Positions 1 through 11,868 are shown, counted from the stretch's first letter. The stretch is DNA of 64,000 nt from Sulfolobales archaeon HS-7 (GCA_019704295.1 AP024596.1:2016001-2080000), one strand, 5' to 3'. A program made the numbers and translations. Notes: generated from the letters alone by a model not told the origin.

Positions 1-523
1 TATTCATAAATTTTGATTTTTCAGATAAGATTAGGAAAAAGCTATATCAGGATTTTTGATATACTATCTTAATTGGAGTTAAGGAGGGCCCGCAAGGGTA
101 TGGACGGATAACTTTCTGATGTTTAAATAAGAGTTTGGATGTGATATATCGGTAACAATTAGCTAGCAGGATTCAGGTTTCCATTGCAAATTGTAATTAT
201 TGTAAATAGTGATTAAATAAAGTAAATTGTTAAGAGCAAATCTATACCTAGTCCACTCGATAGGACTCAATTAAATTCACTCCATTTTTCTAAACAAACA
301 GGATTCACAATGAACGTGTGCACGGTCCATCAGCTACGGAGTCACCGAGAAGTCTAAGCAGGGACTATGTGGTAGACCTCTGCACCATTTAGTAGTTCAA
401 TATGGGGGTGCCATATGTTTACATTAGTGCTTGGTGTTGGAACAGTCCTTAATGCCTGTAGAGTCCTCTACCCCTTGGACAAGTAGATAATTAAGGACAC
501 AAGTTCGTGGGTGATAGAGTAGT

Positions 524-1393
524 TTACTTGAAGACTAGCTTTGAAAGATCTTCTGGTAAAATGGTTCTAGGAAATATTCTCTTAGCCTCGGTTAAGAGAG
601 GGGTAGTATCGTGATACCTCGAACTGATATGGATTAAGGCTAACATTCCCACTGATGCATTTAACGCAGCCTTGGCTGCGTCTCTACTCGTCGAGTGACC
701 AAACTCAGCGGCTGTTTCCTCGTCTAAGAACGTCGAGTCGTGAATAAGTAGATTTACCCCCTTAACGTTTTGTAACACTTCGCTACAGTATCTAGTATCC
801 CCTGTATAGGCTATTGATATACCCTTAATTTTGTACGTTATGTATTCGACAGTAGAGGGACTAATATCCGCATGATAGCCAGTTTTAATTTTTCGGAATA
901 AATTCCAGTCCGATATTCCAAGTTCCTTTGCCTTATTTATATCTATTTTTATTTTATCCCTTGTTCTAATTATATATCCTTGTGATTCTATAGTATGACA
1001 AGTGGGAAAGGGCGTTATTGAGAATTCCTTTGTCTCGAGAGAAGATTGAAATCTTATGTCAAATTGAGGCTTAAAAAAAGTCCCTGAGGATGAAGACTCG
1101 ATAAAATCCTGTATAGTACGAGGACCAATTATTACTAATTCCTTTTTCCTACCTAATAGTCCCATGGTTTCTAAAAGACCTGTAACGCCCAATACGTGAT
1201 CTCCATGCATGTGTGATATAGCCAATACATCTATATCCATTGGGCTTATTGATGCCTCTGAAAGCCTCTCTTGAACACCTTCACCTGCATCCAAAAGGAT
1301 CCCCACTCCTTCAACCCTTACGAATACTGCTGGCAACTTTCTATATTTAGAGGGTGCACCTCCTCCCGTTCCTAGAAAGATGATCGAAATCAA
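524..1393 (-). CDS. rnz: Ribonuclease Z
   Basis: FLGTGG, DAGEG, HMHGDH, YTGDT and GHST motifs of RNase Z metallo-beta-lactamases. Confidence 0.93.
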   Translation of the reverse strand: MISIIFLGTGGGAPSKYRKLPAVFVRVEGVGILLDAGEGVQERLSEASISPMDIDVLAISHMHGDHVLGVTGLLETMGLLGRKKELVIIGPRTIQDFIESSSSGTFFKPQFDIRFQSSLETKEFSITPFPTCHTIESQGYIIRTRDKIKIDINKAKELGISDWNLFRKIKTGYHADISPSTVEYITYKIKGISIAYTGDTRYCSEVLQNVKGVNLLIHDSTFLDEETAAEFGHSTSRDAAKAALNASVGMLALIHISSRYHDTTPLLTEAKRIFPRTILPEDLSKLVFK

Positions 1394-2310
1394 GGTTTTT
1401 TCACCACATATAGGACACGTGTCATACTCTTATGCGTATAAAGATAGTGAGTTCTTAATAAAGTAAGACCGTATTCCCTTATGTCGTCTCCCCAAAAATA
1501 TTTGGAGTCGCTAAGGAAAACCAAATATCCATTTGGAGGTAATACTTCTGCAGAATAACTAAAGAGCGAGTGGAATACGTCCCTTAACAAACCTTCAATT
1601 TTTGTCGACCTAGCATAGGGCGGATCTGTTCCAATACCGTCTATTCTGAAAACGTTAGAAGTTTGTATAGTACCGAGAAATACATCACAATTACATTTAA
1701 AATGTCTTAAGTTTTCTACGGATTTCGTTAATATCTCTCGGTTAAAGTCGCTTCCAATGCACCATATTCCTTTCCAGGAAGCCTCAATCAGCGTGGAACC
1801 TAAACCTGAAAAAGGATCGTAAAATGTTTTTTTGGCACGTGATACATTCACTAAAATTCTTGCTAAGAATGAATTTAATGAGCCAGACTGAGAAAATGGT
1901 TTCTTACTATGACTTAACAAACTTCTCGTATCTCTAGAATCTCTTCTCTTTCCTACTATAGTTAAACCATCTGTAAAGAAAATATCATATGAGGGGCATG
2001 ATGTATTTTGAGATACTGTTGTAAATAAATCTATATACTTCTTTTTAGCATCTTCTTTCTTATCGTTAATGTTATGAACCGAGATATTAGCACATAGCCC
2101 TTTAATGGCTTCTATTGCATCTTTTTCATCGTTGGTTAGCAAAATAACATCACCACTGTACTTTATTGATGCGGATTTATGTGCGATATACTCGTTACCC
2201 TCGTAAAGTATTACACTGGAAAGAAGAGTGAATTCTTGCACTTCTGAGAGCGCCATAAATTCCTCTACGCTTACTGAGGGGTAGTCCATCTTTACATGAG
2301 CATATTTCAT
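1390..2310 (-). CDS. Trm11/THUMP-type tRNA methyltransferase
   Basis: YDPFSGLGS SAM motif and TDPPY motif; same strand and overlapping rnz and prs. Confidence 0.75.
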   Translation of the reverse strand: MKYAHVKMDYPSVSVEEFMALSEVQEFTLLSSVILYEGNEYIAHKSASIKYSGDVILLTNDEKDAIEAIKGLCANISVHNINDKKEDAKKKYIDLFTTVSQNTSCPSYDIFFTDGLTIVGKRRDSRDTRSLLSHSKKPFSQSGSLNSFLARILVNVSRAKKTFYDPFSGLGSTLIEASWKGIWCIGSDFNREILTKSVENLRHFKCNCDVFLGTIQTSNVFRIDGIGTDPPYARSTKIEGLLRDVFHSLFSYSAEVLPPNGYLVFLSDSKYFWGDDIREYGLTLLRTHYLYTHKSMTRVLYVVKKP

Positions 2311-3164
2311 AGCTGTTGTACTATTAATGGGGAGATATCTATTACTTTGCCATATACAGTTGGGATTGTGTTAGTTACTATAACCTCTGATATACCGCTT
2401 TGCAAAAGTTTATTATAGTTTACTTCATTTAACAGAGAATGAACAGCTACCGCTATTACTTTCTTTGCTCCCATCATATTTTTCGCAACATTCGCTATTG
2501 TGGTCCCGGTACTTATTATATCGTCTACTATAATTACTTCTCTTTCCTTAAAGTCGAACTGAGGTATGTTAGTGATTTTAACCTCTCCTGTCACTCTATC
2601 CCGTTCTTTTTGTACTTCGATAACTTCTGCACCAATCTTACTTGCAAACCTTAGAGCCCGGCTTTTAGCTCCCCTATCTGGTGCCACAACTAATGGATCA
2701 TTAAGGGATAACTGTTCTGCCAAATACGGAAAGGGATCAATTATTTTAACAGTACCACCGAAAAAAGTCATCTCGTCATAAGAATGAGGTTCAACTACTA
2801 CAATCGATTTAGCCCCTAGAGCATACATTAACTTTAAAACTGTTTTTATGCTTATGGCTTCACCCTCTCTAAATCGTTTATTTTGTCTAGAATACGCCAA
2901 ATAGGGAATAACCGCAGTAATGTTTTGGATACCCAACTCCACTAAAGTGTCTAGTAATAATTCTAATTCTACGAGATGTTTATTCTGGGGCGGATAAAGG
3001 GATTGAATTATAAGAACGTCTTTATCATAAATAAATTCGGGTACTCGAATATAGGACTCCCCGTCTGGAAATACCCTATGTTCAACCTTAACTAGTTTAA
3101 GTTGTATTGCCTTCGCTATATTCTCGTCTATTCCATTTGTAGCAGTTCCTCCTACTATAATCAC
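2307..3164 (-). CDS. prs: Ribose-phosphate pyrophosphokinase
   Basis: FPDGE, PYLAYSRQ, VDDIISTGTT motifs. Confidence 0.95.
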   Translation of the reverse strand: MIIVGGTATNGIDENIAKAIQLKLVKVEHRVFPDGESYIRVPEFIYDKDVLIIQSLYPPQNKHLVELELLLDTLVELGIQNITAVIPYLAYSRQNKRFREGEAISIKTVLKLMYALGAKSIVVVEPHSYDEMTFFGGTVKIIDPFPYLAEQLSLNDPLVVAPDRGAKSRALRFASKIGAEVIEVQKERDRVTGEVKITNIPQFDFKEREVIIVDDIISTGTTIANVAKNMMGAKKVIAVAVHSLLNEVNYNKLLQSGISEVIVTNTIPTVYGKVIDISPLIVQQL

Positions 3165-3200
3165 GCTTCATTTAAACTCACTTAAAAATAAAAACGTTAA

Positions 3201-3965
3201 GTGAGATACTGTTATGTGTACTACGTAGCGGTTACTGGGACTGCTGGTGCTGGAAAAACTACTTTCGTTGACGCTTTCTCACGATTTTTAGAAGGAAGTA
3301 ACCTGTCATCATACATAATGAACTTAGATCCCGCGGTTGAGAACCTTCCATATGTACCGGATTTCGATATAAGACAGATAGTTGATGCCAGATCCCTTTC
3401 CACCAAATATTTACTAGGTCCTAACGCTAGTCTTATCGCTTCTTACGATATGTTAGTTATTAAGGCAAAGGAGATCAAGGAGAATTTAGAATACGTAGAT
3501 GAAGATATAGTTCTTATAGACACGCCGGGGCAAATCGAACTTTTCGCATTTAGAAATAGTGGTCGCGGACTGCTTAATCTAATTGCTGAGAACACTCCTA
3601 TTATCAACTTATTTCTGATCGACGCTTCTCTAGCTGTACAGCCTTCCTCATTCATTTCCCTCTTTCTATTAGCTAACTCAATTAAATTTAAGTTACAATT
3701 ACCACAGATAAACGTGATCTCCAAGTCCGATTTATTAACTTTAGATGAAATTAGAAAAATTGAAGCGTGGATAAAGGGTGAGGAAATTTTAACTGAGTTA
3801 GGAACTCTTGATGAATATTCGTTAGAATTAGCAGAGACTGTAGTTCAAAATTTGGAGGGACGAGTTATCTTTATATCATCCACGAAAGAGTCAGGTTTTG
3901 CTGAACTTTATGGAGCATTAGAGAACTCCCTCGCAAGAGACATGTGGGATAAAGATGATGAATGA
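3201..3965 (+). CDS. GPN-loop GTPase
   Basis: GTAGAGKT, NLDPA, LGPN, DTPGQIE motifs. Confidence 0.93.
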   Translation: MRYCYVYYVAVTGTAGAGKTTFVDAFSRFLEGSNLSSYIMNLDPAVENLPYVPDFDIRQIVDARSLSTKYLLGPNASLIASYDMLVIKAKEIKENLEYVDEDIVLIDTPGQIELFAFRNSGRGLLNLIAENTPIINLFLIDASLAVQPSSFISLFLLANSIKFKLQLPQINVISKSDLLTLDEIRKIEAWIKGEEILTELGTLDEYSLELAETVVQNLEGRVIFISSTKESGFAELYGALENSLARDMWDKDDE

Positions 3966-3974
3966 ACTAATGCG

Positions 3975-4270
3975 CCACCCTTACGATCAGAGCCTCCCCT
4001 TTATGATGGAGATTTTCGTTTCTCAGAGAGACCTGGTTACCCCTTCATCCACAGCGGAGGTTCCATCAAACTGAACCGTTCAGTAATGCCCCGCGCGGAA
4101 GAAGGGTTTCGAAGGATTTTTCTCTGCAGAAGTGCTAGTTCCCCAGCCTCAAGGGTACTGACTAGGCTCTTACAGCCTAGGTATAAGGGATATTATGGGA
4201 TTCGGGCTTCATTAGTTTTTCATTGAATTTAATATTCAATGCTCAGCCCTCGGACTTAGCCGAAATCACG
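3975..4270 (-). mobile_element. Degenerate tnpB (IS200/IS605-type) 3'-end remnants
   Basis: Reverse of 4200-4270 (CGTGATTTCGG...GGGCTGAGCATTGA...ATGAAGCCCGAATCCC) resembles the tnpB tail at 53700-53785; the 3975-4190 part is a weaker match. Confidence 0.55.
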
Positions 4271-4426
4271 AAACAGTGCCCAATGCATAATAAATATAAT
4301 CTACTTTATTAACTAGATTTCTACAGAAAAAATAAGTTCGAAGAATCCAACTAATGTGATAATACTTAACGAGAATTACGCCTACGTTATACCATTGTCA
4401 CAATTTACCGAGACGTAATCCCCCCA
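4271..4426 (+). mobile_element. Fragment of the IS5-like element end (transposase-start side)
   Basis: ACAGTGCCCAAT terminus; ACGCCTACGTTATACC...GACGTAATCCCCC matches the reverse complement of 46140-46185. Confidence 0.6.
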
Positions 4427-4790
4427 GACACAGTGTCAAATGTGTAATACACGTCATTTACTTAAAAATTTCAGGATACAGGAATAACTTACCCTACACT
4501 GCTCGATCAGGGCGATAATACAGGGAATTCCTGAATGATTAAACTCCTTTGCTAACTTCCTAAGGTTGAAATATCCCGCAATATCCTCAGTAAACTTTGA
4601 ACTTATTATGTTGAAAACTTCATTTTTAGTTCTGTTCATTAAAAGATATATAGTTACTTGTGGTTAGTTACAATTAACTAATTTTATATTATTTCTTTTT
4701 ATATAATTAAATAAATTTAATTCCATAGAGACATATTTTATAACTTTTTAGTTTATTTAGTAATTTTATTAATTATATATTGGACATTAT
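4427..4790 (-). mobile_element. ~360-bp MITE (family A)
   Basis: CACAGTGTCAAAT / ATTGGACATTAT termini; colinear with the copy at 40508-40868. Confidence 0.75.
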
Positions 4791-4891
4791 GGCGTGGCGA
4801 TGTTAATTGACACTATGCTTAAAGTTTACCGTAATATTTATTACTGAACGCCCCCATTAAGTTAAAAATAGGATTAAGCTAGATTTAAGAT

Positions 4892-5629
4892 ATGGAGTTT
4901 AAAGTGTCCGATGCACAATCGTTAAACGCCATAATTAAGACTCTTGGGAATTTTATCCCCGAGGCAAATTTTATTGCTGAAAAAGATGGGATTAAATTCT
5001 ACGGCATAGATCCAGCAAAGGTTTGTTATCTCAGGCTCTTACTTTCATCATCATTTTTCGATGAATATAGAATAGATTCGGATAGGGAAGAATTCGGATT
5101 TAAGTTAGAGGACCTCTCTAAAATTCTCTCAAGGACAGAAAAGGAAGATAAAGTTAGTCTGAAAGTTCAGTCTGGGATAGCTACAGTAACGTTTGATGGC
5201 TTCGCTGAAAGGACGTTTAATTTAAATAGTATAGCCCTTTCATCCTCTGAGAATAAGCTTAATATTAGCTACCAGTTTTCAGCTAGACTTCGGAGTGGAC
5301 TTTTCGGAGATATCATAAGTGAAGTCAGTAATGTAGGCGAGGTAATAACTTTTACCGGCTCTGAAAACGAACTTGTAATTTCTGCTAAAGGTGATTTAGG
5401 AGAGACGGAGATTACTCTTGATAATCGAGTAAATGGATTTTTAGGTATTGAACAAGGAGGTTTAGGGAAATCCTCACATTCTGTAGAGTATCTAGAAAAG
5501 CTAAGTGGTTTAGAAAAGGCATCTGACGTATTGATAATAAGTCTTAGTGATAATATGCCTCTTCGACTCAAATACGAATTACCACAAAGTGGATATTATG
5601 AGATATACATCGCCCCAAGAATGGATTAA
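4892..5629 (+). CDS. pcn: PCNA sliding clamp subunit
   Basis: IDPAKV...YIAPR PCNA signature; precedes priS-gins. Confidence 0.92.
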   Translation: MEFKVSDAQSLNAIIKTLGNFIPEANFIAEKDGIKFYGIDPAKVCYLRLLLSSSFFDEYRIDSDREEFGFKLEDLSKILSRTEKEDKVSLKVQSGIATVTFDGFAERTFNLNSIALSSSENKLNISYQFSARLRSGLFGDIISEVSNVGEVITFTGSENELVISAKGDLGETEITLDNRVNGFLGIEQGGLGKSSHSVEYLEKLSGLEKASDVLIISLSDNMPLRLKYELPQSGYYEIYIAPRMD

Positions 5630-6467
5630 CATAACTAGGCAAATATTTAGAGAATATTATTCGAGTGCGAATTTTCAACTTCCTGACGATATGAGTCTTA
5701 GAGAGTTTGCCTTTCAACTTATGGATAGAGAGGGATATGTACGAAATCTTCAGTTCTTAACTCAAGAACAATTCAAGAACTTCGTTAGAGAGAACATTCC
5801 TTTTCACATGTTTTACTCCGTCGGTAAATATAGAAATCCAGCCTCTAAGGAATTCGAAGATATGAACTGGCTAGGTTCTGACCTACTTTTCGATTTAGAT
5901 GCAGACGAAATTTGTGAAGGTAATCAAATTTCTTTAAATAACGCTCAAATGAGTTTACAATACGTCGATTTGACGGTAGAATGCCTTAACAAGGTTTACG
6001 CTCAGGCAAAACAGTTGAGGGATATAATAGAGAACGATTTTGGGTTGAATTATACAATACATTTTTCTGGAAATAGAGGATTTCACGTCGTAGTTTACTG
6101 TGATCTCTATTGTTCTCAATTAACGAATAAGGAAAGAAAGGAGATAGCATATTATGTCAAAACTAAGGGAATAGCTATCGATGAACAAGTTACCATTGAT
6201 ATCAGGAGGCTTATAAGAATACCAGGTTCACTTAATGGGAAAGCAGGTCTTTTAGTAACAATTGTTGAAGATAATTTCATCCCCTCGTTTAATACCCTAA
6301 GTCCGTTTACAGAATTTATCGCAACTTTCCTTCCATATTTCCCTTTAAAAATCTCTCCATTAGGATTTAAAGTAGAAATGATAGCGAACCAAAGGATTAA
6401 AATTCCTCTTTCTGTGGCATTATATCTACATCTTAAAGGACTTGGTGAGATCATTGCCTACACTTGA
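5598..6467 (+). CDS. priS: DNA primase catalytic subunit
   Basis: DLLFDLDAD, FSGNRGFHV, IDEQVTIDIRRLIRIPGSLN; probable ATG start at 5598. Confidence 0.93.
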   Translation: MRYTSPQEWINITRQIFREYYSSANFQLPDDMSLREFAFQLMDREGYVRNLQFLTQEQFKNFVRENIPFHMFYSVGKYRNPASKEFEDMNWLGSDLLFDLDADEICEGNQISLNNAQMSLQYVDLTVECLNKVYAQAKQLRDIIENDFGLNYTIHFSGNRGFHVVVYCDLYCSQLTNKERKEIAYYVKTKGIAIDEQVTIDIRRLIRIPGSLNGKAGLLVTIVEDNFIPSFNTLSPFTEFIATFLPYFPLKISPLGFKVEMIANQRIKIPLSVALYLHLKGLGEIIAYT

Positions 6468-6930
6468 TGAACTACTCCAAAAGGAAATAGCAACTAAAAC
6501 GCTTGTAACCCTTAATGAGGAATCTTTTTTGAAAACAATAATGGAAAGTAAAAACTACATAAACGCACTCAGCGAATTACACTCTTCCGTAGAAAATACC
6601 CTTGAAGAGTTTGCACTATCGCTTTTTGAGTTGAGGTTGTCAAAGTTCCTTGAGAATGCTACAATGGAGAGCTTTGACAACATATTCTTCAATATAATAA
6701 GGAATGTGGAGAGTTTTTATATAAAATTGATCTCTGGTAATATGATTACGGTACAAGGTAAAGTACTTTCGAAAGTAGTATCTAATATTATGATTGGTAA
6801 AATCGTGCTTAATAAGGATGAACTTGTCGTATTACCAATAGGTGATGCGGTTAGGCTCACAATAGCAGGATATATAAAGCCGTGTACATTAAATGATAAT
6901 GATTCCAATGAAAGTTCCAAAGAGTGTTAA
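6442..6930 (+). CDS. GINS subunit (Gins15-like)
   Basis: Conserved position between priS and rpl44e; FELRLSK helix. Confidence 0.65.
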   Translation: MVRSLPTLDELLQKEIATKTLVTLNEESFLKTIMESKNYINALSELHSSVENTLEEFALSLFELRLSKFLENATMESFDNIFFNIIRNVESFYIKLISGNMITVQGKVLSKVVSNIMIGKIVLNKDELVVLPIGDAVRLTIAGYIKPCTLNDNDSNESSKEC

Positions 6931-7195
6931 TACATACTGCCCTAAGTGTAGGGAGTATACAGAACATGAGATAAGGCTCTATAGAGGAGGCAAGAGGAGA
7001 AATTTAGCAGAGGGGCAAAGGAGATATGATAGGAAGAATGAAGGGTATGGAAGTACGCGGAAGCCGATACCAAAGAGGTTCGCTAAAGTCACTAAAAAAC
7101 AGTTGCTTTTATATAGGTGCAAAAAATGCGGATATACTATAACTAAAAGAAGAGGAATGCGATTAAAGAAGCTTGAAATAAGCGAGGTAGGATAA
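6908..7195 (+). CDS. rpl44e: 50S ribosomal protein L44e
   Basis: MKVPK..TYCPKC..GQRRYDRK..GYG. Confidence 0.95.
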   Translation: MKVPKSVNTYCPKCREYTEHEIRLYRGGKRRNLAEGQRRYDRKNEGYGSTRKPIPKRFAKVTKKQLLLYRCKKCGYTITKRRGMRLKKLEISEVG

Positions 7196-7392
7196 TGAAA
7201 AAGAGTCGAATTCCCATTCCAGAACCAAAAAGTAAATTCCTAAGAATAAAGTGTCCTAACTGTTCGAATGAACAGGTAGTTTTCAGTCACTCCTCTTTTC
7301 AAGCAAGGTGTACTGCATGCGGGACTATTTTAATCGAATCTCGTGGTGGACAGGCAAAAATTTTAGGTGAAATAGTGAAAGTGATGGCATGA
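7195..7392 (+). CDS. rps27e: 30S ribosomal protein S27e
   Basis: PKSKFLRIKCPNC..C..CG. Confidence 0.95.
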   Translation: MKKSRIPIPEPKSKFLRIKCPNCSNEQVVFSHSSFQARCTACGTILIESRGGQAKILGEIVKVMA

Positions 7393-8180
7393 TACTAAGA
7401 AGAGCTTCTTTACCGACGGAAGGGGAATTAGTAGTTGGTACTGTAACTAAGGTGTTTGACTACGGTAGTTACTTAGTTTTAGATGAGTATAATAACTTAC
7501 AAGCTTACCTACCTTGGAGTGAAGTAGCAAGTAAATGGGTTACTAACATAAAGTCGGTGATAAAGGAAAAGCAAAAAATTATAGTTAAAGTAATTAGAGT
7601 AGACCAAAGGAAAAATAGTGTTGACGTCTCCCTAAAGAAGGTCAACGACGACGAGAGGAAAAAGAAACTGTTAGCATGGAAAAAGGCTCAAAAGGCTGAT
7701 AAGATCCTTGAAATAGTTGCAAAGAAGCTGGGAAAAACTGAAAAGCAAGCATATGAGGAGGTCGGTTGGAAACTAGAGGATAAATTTGGTGATATAATGA
7801 AAGGTCTAGAAAACGCAATTAAAGACAATGGGAAAACATTGGAGGAGCTTCAGGTTCCTGAAGTGTGGGTAAAACCTTTGCTAGAAGAGGTATCTAAACA
7901 CATAGAGGAAAAGAAGTTTAAGGTCACTAAGACTGTTGTCTTTAGGGCTTTTGGTGAGAAAGGAATAGATGATATAAAGAATGCCTTTATTAAATCGATT
8001 GAGGAAGTCCCCAAGGAATATCAAGTTAAGATATATACAATTGGAGCACCTAGATATAGAATAGATGTTTTAGGAGAGGATGTTAAAAAGGCAGAAGTTG
8101 AAGCTGAAAGGATAATAAAAAATTTAAAAACGATTACCTATAATAATGAACATTTTGAATTTAAAGTATTAATCAAATAG
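7389..8180 (+). CDS. eif2a: Translation initiation factor aIF2 alpha
   Basis: S1 domain (GELVVGTV..), IGAPRYRI. Confidence 0.95.
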   Translation: MILRRASLPTEGELVVGTVTKVFDYGSYLVLDEYNNLQAYLPWSEVASKWVTNIKSVIKEKQKIIVKVIRVDQRKNSVDVSLKKVNDDERKKKLLAWKKAQKADKILEIVAKKLGKTEKQAYEEVGWKLEDKFGDIMKGLENAIKDNGKTLEELQVPEVWVKPLLEEVSKHIEEKKFKVTKTVVFRAFGEKGIDDIKNAFIKSIEEVPKEYQVKIYTIGAPRYRIDVLGEDVKKAEVEAERIIKNLKTITYNNEHFEFKVLIK

Positions 8181-8190
8181 TGGTTAACTA

Positions 8191-8361
8191 ATGAAATGGA
8201 AAATAAGATTTTGTAAGAAGGATAGGATATATACTTTAGAAGAGACGTGTACAAAGTGCGGTGGAAGAACAGCTATACCGCATCCTACTCGTTTTTCTCC
8301 TATAGATAAGTATGTAAGATATAGAATAGAAAATAAGTTAGGGAAAAAAATAGATTGTTAG
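8191..8361 (+). CDS. nop10: H/ACA RNP protein Nop10 (absent from ORF track)
   Basis: Hand translation: [36 protein letters not shown]. Confidence 0.92.
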   Translation: MKWKIRFCKKDRIYTLEETCTKCGGRTAIPHPTRFSPIDKYVRYRIENKLGKKIDC

Positions 8362-10598
8362 CTAGCTAAAAGAACTCCTGGTTGAACGAACTGGTATATA
8401 ACTACTACTATATATGTGGTATAATCAGGTCCTGGTATCCACGGATATTCAGAAATATGAACCGGCTGGAAGTACTCTAGGTTAACTGGAGGGAAAAAGG
8501 CTGGAGAACCGCCTGTAGTGGAGAAGTAGCCGTAGGTAAATGGTTCAACAACCTGATAACCCTGTGATTGGACAGCTTGCACAAATAGATTAATAATAAG
8601 GGAGTTATATGCTCTTGATGTCCAAGCAAATGTATACGAAGAGCTAAGTAGGTTCGCTAACTGAACAGCTTCAGTAGGACTCTGATTGTAAATCGCGTCT
8701 ATCTCCGAACTTGTTTCGTTTACTATAGAAGTATTTATAAACTCATTCTGAGGATAGCCAGCAATTATTGACATAGCACCTATAGCCTTGTTTATGTCGC
8801 CGAAAGAGGTAGTTAGGCCTATAAAGGTTCCTCCTATATCAGTAGGGTATCCTAAAAACGCCACCGTCAAGCCCGAACGGTTATACACTGTTATCGCATC
8901 ATATGCCACGAAGTAAACAGGCCTTGTATAGTTAGGATTTCCATAGGGATAAAGGTGATAGTAGTTCTCGAGAACATGTGCTGCAAAACTCTCGTTATTA
9001 AGAAACATCTCAGCCATTAGCTTTATCTGCGTACCATTCAACGTATTATTTTCGTCTATTACAGTCCTATTTCCTATCACTTCTATCCAATATCCATAAT
9101 CCCACCATGAAAAGATAACTGAATTAGTAGGAGTTTCGTGATTAATCCAGTTTAAGGCGTCTACCCATGCGTAGTTCGGAATACTATACGGAGATGCCGC
9201 CGTAATAATCGCGTTAGGAGTGTTAGATTCAGCAATTGCTATTGCCCCGTCTGAAGCTATGGACGCTAAAATTAGTGCCATAAATATTGCTATTCCTGTT
9301 ATCTTTAACTTATTCTCAATACCAGTTATGGAAGACAGTTTTGATATTATAAATCCAGCTCCAATTCCAGCAACAGCAGCAACCATGTATGCAGTGTAAT
9401 TAAAGAGATATGGCTGAGCGCTCGTTCCATAAAGCGCTATTACGCCTAATGCCGCTAACCAGAGCTGCGCCAGTTTCCCCTTCTGAATAAGTACGTATAT
9501 TCCAGGAATGAATAGTAACAACGCGCTACCGAATTCTCCTAATAGTGAAGTAACTGGTTGAGGTATGTATTCTGCCACAGTCTTATCTATAGGTACAGTC
9601 ACTTGATAGAAGGGATTTATTATCGCAAAATATCGACTAGGAATAAAATTAGTCTTTCCTATAGAAAATAGTCCTGCGATTCCCAATCCTAAAATTGCCA
9701 CTGCGATAGCTGTTATGAGAATCGGTCTCGCCTCTTGAATATCTGCTGGTAGCATTTTCCTTGTATATATATCAATATAGAGAATTGCGCTTATTAGTAT
9801 AAGACTTAAACCATGCGCCAACCCTGACATGAAACCTATGGAGTTCGGTGCAAAGGAAGTAATTAATGCAGAAGTAATAGCAGTTATAGCAAAAGTCTTA
9901 GCAGTGATCTCATCATTTCTATTTAAGAAAACTAATAGCAATGCTGCAGCCCCGAGGGTAAGATCTATGTAAATATTTCCTCCCCACGTTATATCAGCGA
10001 GAAATATCAAGAAACCGGTGGGTATACCTAAAATTGGTTTTTTATCTTCTATAGCCTTATAAAGTAGGAATATAGATAAAAGTATAAACATGCCCCCCCA
10101 CGAAGTCTTCGGTAGTCCTCCGATTATGTTTTTACCAGTTAATGCAGGTGATACAGCAATTAATATAGCTGCGATATAGCCTCCAAACCTATTAATGAGT
10201 TTAGATACTACGAGATATGCTGCGAGTACGCTAAATCCCGCTAACGCTATATCAAGGAATATAGTAACTGTGTAGTTGGCGTTAGCACCAAATGTAGAAT
10301 AGAAAGGTAGTGACAATAGGGATACTAAAAAAGGTAAACCTATAGTGTCGCCTAACTCGATAAAGTATCCGTAAGGATACCATCCGTGTACGTCTGGTGG
10401 AACTGCATACCAATTCCCTCCGGCATGGGATATCAAAACGCTATTATAAAAGAGATACCACGAGTCAAATCCGTTAATTGTAAGAGTGTATTGGGCACTT
10501 AACGTTCTTATTAGCATAGCTATTATTGCTATACTTGTAACGATTAATGCATCAGTGTAATTTAATCCTGTTAAAATTCCTTTTTTTACCTCTTGCAT
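8358..10598 (-). CDS. aglB: Oligosaccharyltransferase
   Basis: Polytopic N-terminus, TVAE and WWDYG motifs. Confidence 0.95.
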   Translation of the reverse strand: MQEVKKGILTGLNYTDALIVTSIAIIAMLIRTLSAQYTLTINGFDSWYLFYNSVLISHAGGNWYAVPPDVHGWYPYGYFIELGDTIGLPFLVSLLSLPFYSTFGANANYTVTIFLDIALAGFSVLAAYLVVSKLINRFGGYIAAILIAVSPALTGKNIIGGLPKTSWGGMFILLSIFLLYKAIEDKKPILGIPTGFLIFLADITWGGNIYIDLTLGAAALLLVFLNRNDEITAKTFAITAITSALITSFAPNSIGFMSGLAHGLSLILISAILYIDIYTRKMLPADIQEARPILITAIAVAILGLGIAGLFSIGKTNFIPSRYFAIINPFYQVTVPIDKTVAEYIPQPVTSLLGEFGSALLLFIPGIYVLIQKGKLAQLWLAALGVIALYGTSAQPYLFNYTAYMVAAVAGIGAGFIISKLSSITGIENKLKITGIAIFMALILASIASDGAIAIAESNTPNAIITAASPYSIPNYAWVDALNWINHETPTNSVIFSWWDYGYWIEVIGNRTVIDENNTLNGTQIKLMAEMFLNNESFAAHVLENYYHLYPYGNPNYTRPVYFVAYDAITVYNRSGLTVAFLGYPTDIGGTFIGLTTSFGDINKAIGAMSIIAGYPQNEFINTSIVNETSSEIDAIYNQSPTEAVQLANLLSSSYTFAWTSRAYNSLIINLFVQAVQSQGYQVVEPFTYGYFSTTGGSPAFFPPVNLEYFQPVHISEYPWIPGPDYTTYIVVVIYQFVQPGVLLAS

Positions 10599-11022
10599 TA
10601 AAGCTTTTTCCTCAGGATTTGAATAAAAGCTTATTCCAATATCATCGGGCAGTATCCCCCTTTTATGTCTTTAAATGGCTGGGAAAGTCCTTGCTTTAAC
10701 ACTGTATAACATCCTCTATACTAAATTATACTAAATAAATCGAAACTATCTATAACTAGAATTGGGTCGTTAGCCTCAATCAGCACCTTCCTAAGTTTTA
10801 GGAGATTTCTACATATTTTCCATAAAGTAGTCTAAATAGATTAATTCTAATAATTATTCTAATAAGCGTTGACGTTAGTTAAAGGAAAGCGTCACCAGAG
10901 AATTAAATACCTAGAATTAAATAGTTATATTACTTTTATTTATATACTATTACAATATTTAAGATTAGTATTATTTTCCTCTTTAAAGTGATCGAGAACT
11001 AGTGTTATACAGGTGAGTAATT

Positions 11023-11197
11023 CAGGGTTCTTTGCGAATCGTAATTTATAACAAATATGCATAAAGCGCAGTAAATTGTTTAGCGTAAATCGCCTACTAC
11101 TCATTGCGGTTATATTGAATTAAATTTGTTACAGTTATTAAAATGAACTAAATTCGCAAAAGGAAAGTAAATCGTCCATACAGTTCACATATCCCTG
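11023..11197 (+). mobile_element. ~175-bp MITE-like repeat (family B)
   Basis: TTCAGGG...CCCTGAA termini; similar to 14993-15142 and weakly to 172-255. Confidence 0.65.
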
Positions 11198-11275
11198 AAT
11201 GAGAGATTACGTCTAATAATTTCCACATATATCAAATATGTTGAATTCTAACTGAGATATGAAAATTAGGAAAAG

Positions 11276-11827
11276 TCATTTTAATTCGTAAGTAGTAGCT
11301 CTAAACGCTATTCTATATGCGGCCCTTGCATCCCTATCCTTTATATTTACCTCTTTTGTATTAGAACTCGTTCTATCCTCTTTCACTGGGGTAATAGGAA
11401 AGTGTTTAGATATTATTTTATAAACCTCATATGCTTGTGAATTTCCTATACCGATTCCTATACTTTGAAGTTTGTGGGGATATGTTGTCAAGAATTTCTT
11501 CAACTCCTCTACTACTAAATCACTAGTTACTACCTTAGATACTAGTAATTCTCCATCTCCGATCACTGCTATGGTACTATTGTAGCCATTAACATCAATA
11601 CCTATAAGTAGTTCATTAAAATACTTTTTATTACGATAATAACATAGAATTTTACCCAATTCGTAGTCAATCTCCTGTTCATTACTGATAATAATATCGC
11701 CGGACAAGTCAGACACTAACAAGCCGCTACCCTCACATATCTTTATATTTGATGCTCTTAACCTATCTAACACCCTCTTAAGCAGTTTACCATTGTGAAA
11801 TTTTAGCGTAATGCAATTGCCTTCCAA
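11276..11827 (-). CDS. Hypothetical protein, RNase H-like fold
   Basis: LIGID, IGIG, ED and D.AA pattern as in YqgF/RuvC-like folds. Confidence 0.55.
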   Translation of the reverse strand: MEGNCITLKFHNGKLLKRVLDRLRASNIKICEGSGLLVSDLSGDIIISNEQEIDYELGKILCYYRNKKYFNELLIGIDVNGYNSTIAVIGDGELLVSKVVTSDLVVEELKKFLTTYPHKLQSIGIGIGNSQAYEVYKIISKHFPITPVKEDRTSSNTKEVNIKDRDARAAYRIAFRATTYELK

Positions 11828-11868
11828 TGTTTATAAACATTCATTCCTACTTAATAACTATTATACAA

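Noticed and set aside
290-515. Possible further tnpB remnant
   Set aside because: Too degenerate to support by eye
3970-4290. GC-richer intergenic stretch as SRP RNA or RNase P RNA
   Set aside because: No recognisable SRP helix-8 or RNase P motifs; better explained as tnpB and IS debris
4454-4639. 61-aa ORF
   Set aside because: Lies within a MITE; the equivalent frame is interrupted in the 40508 copy
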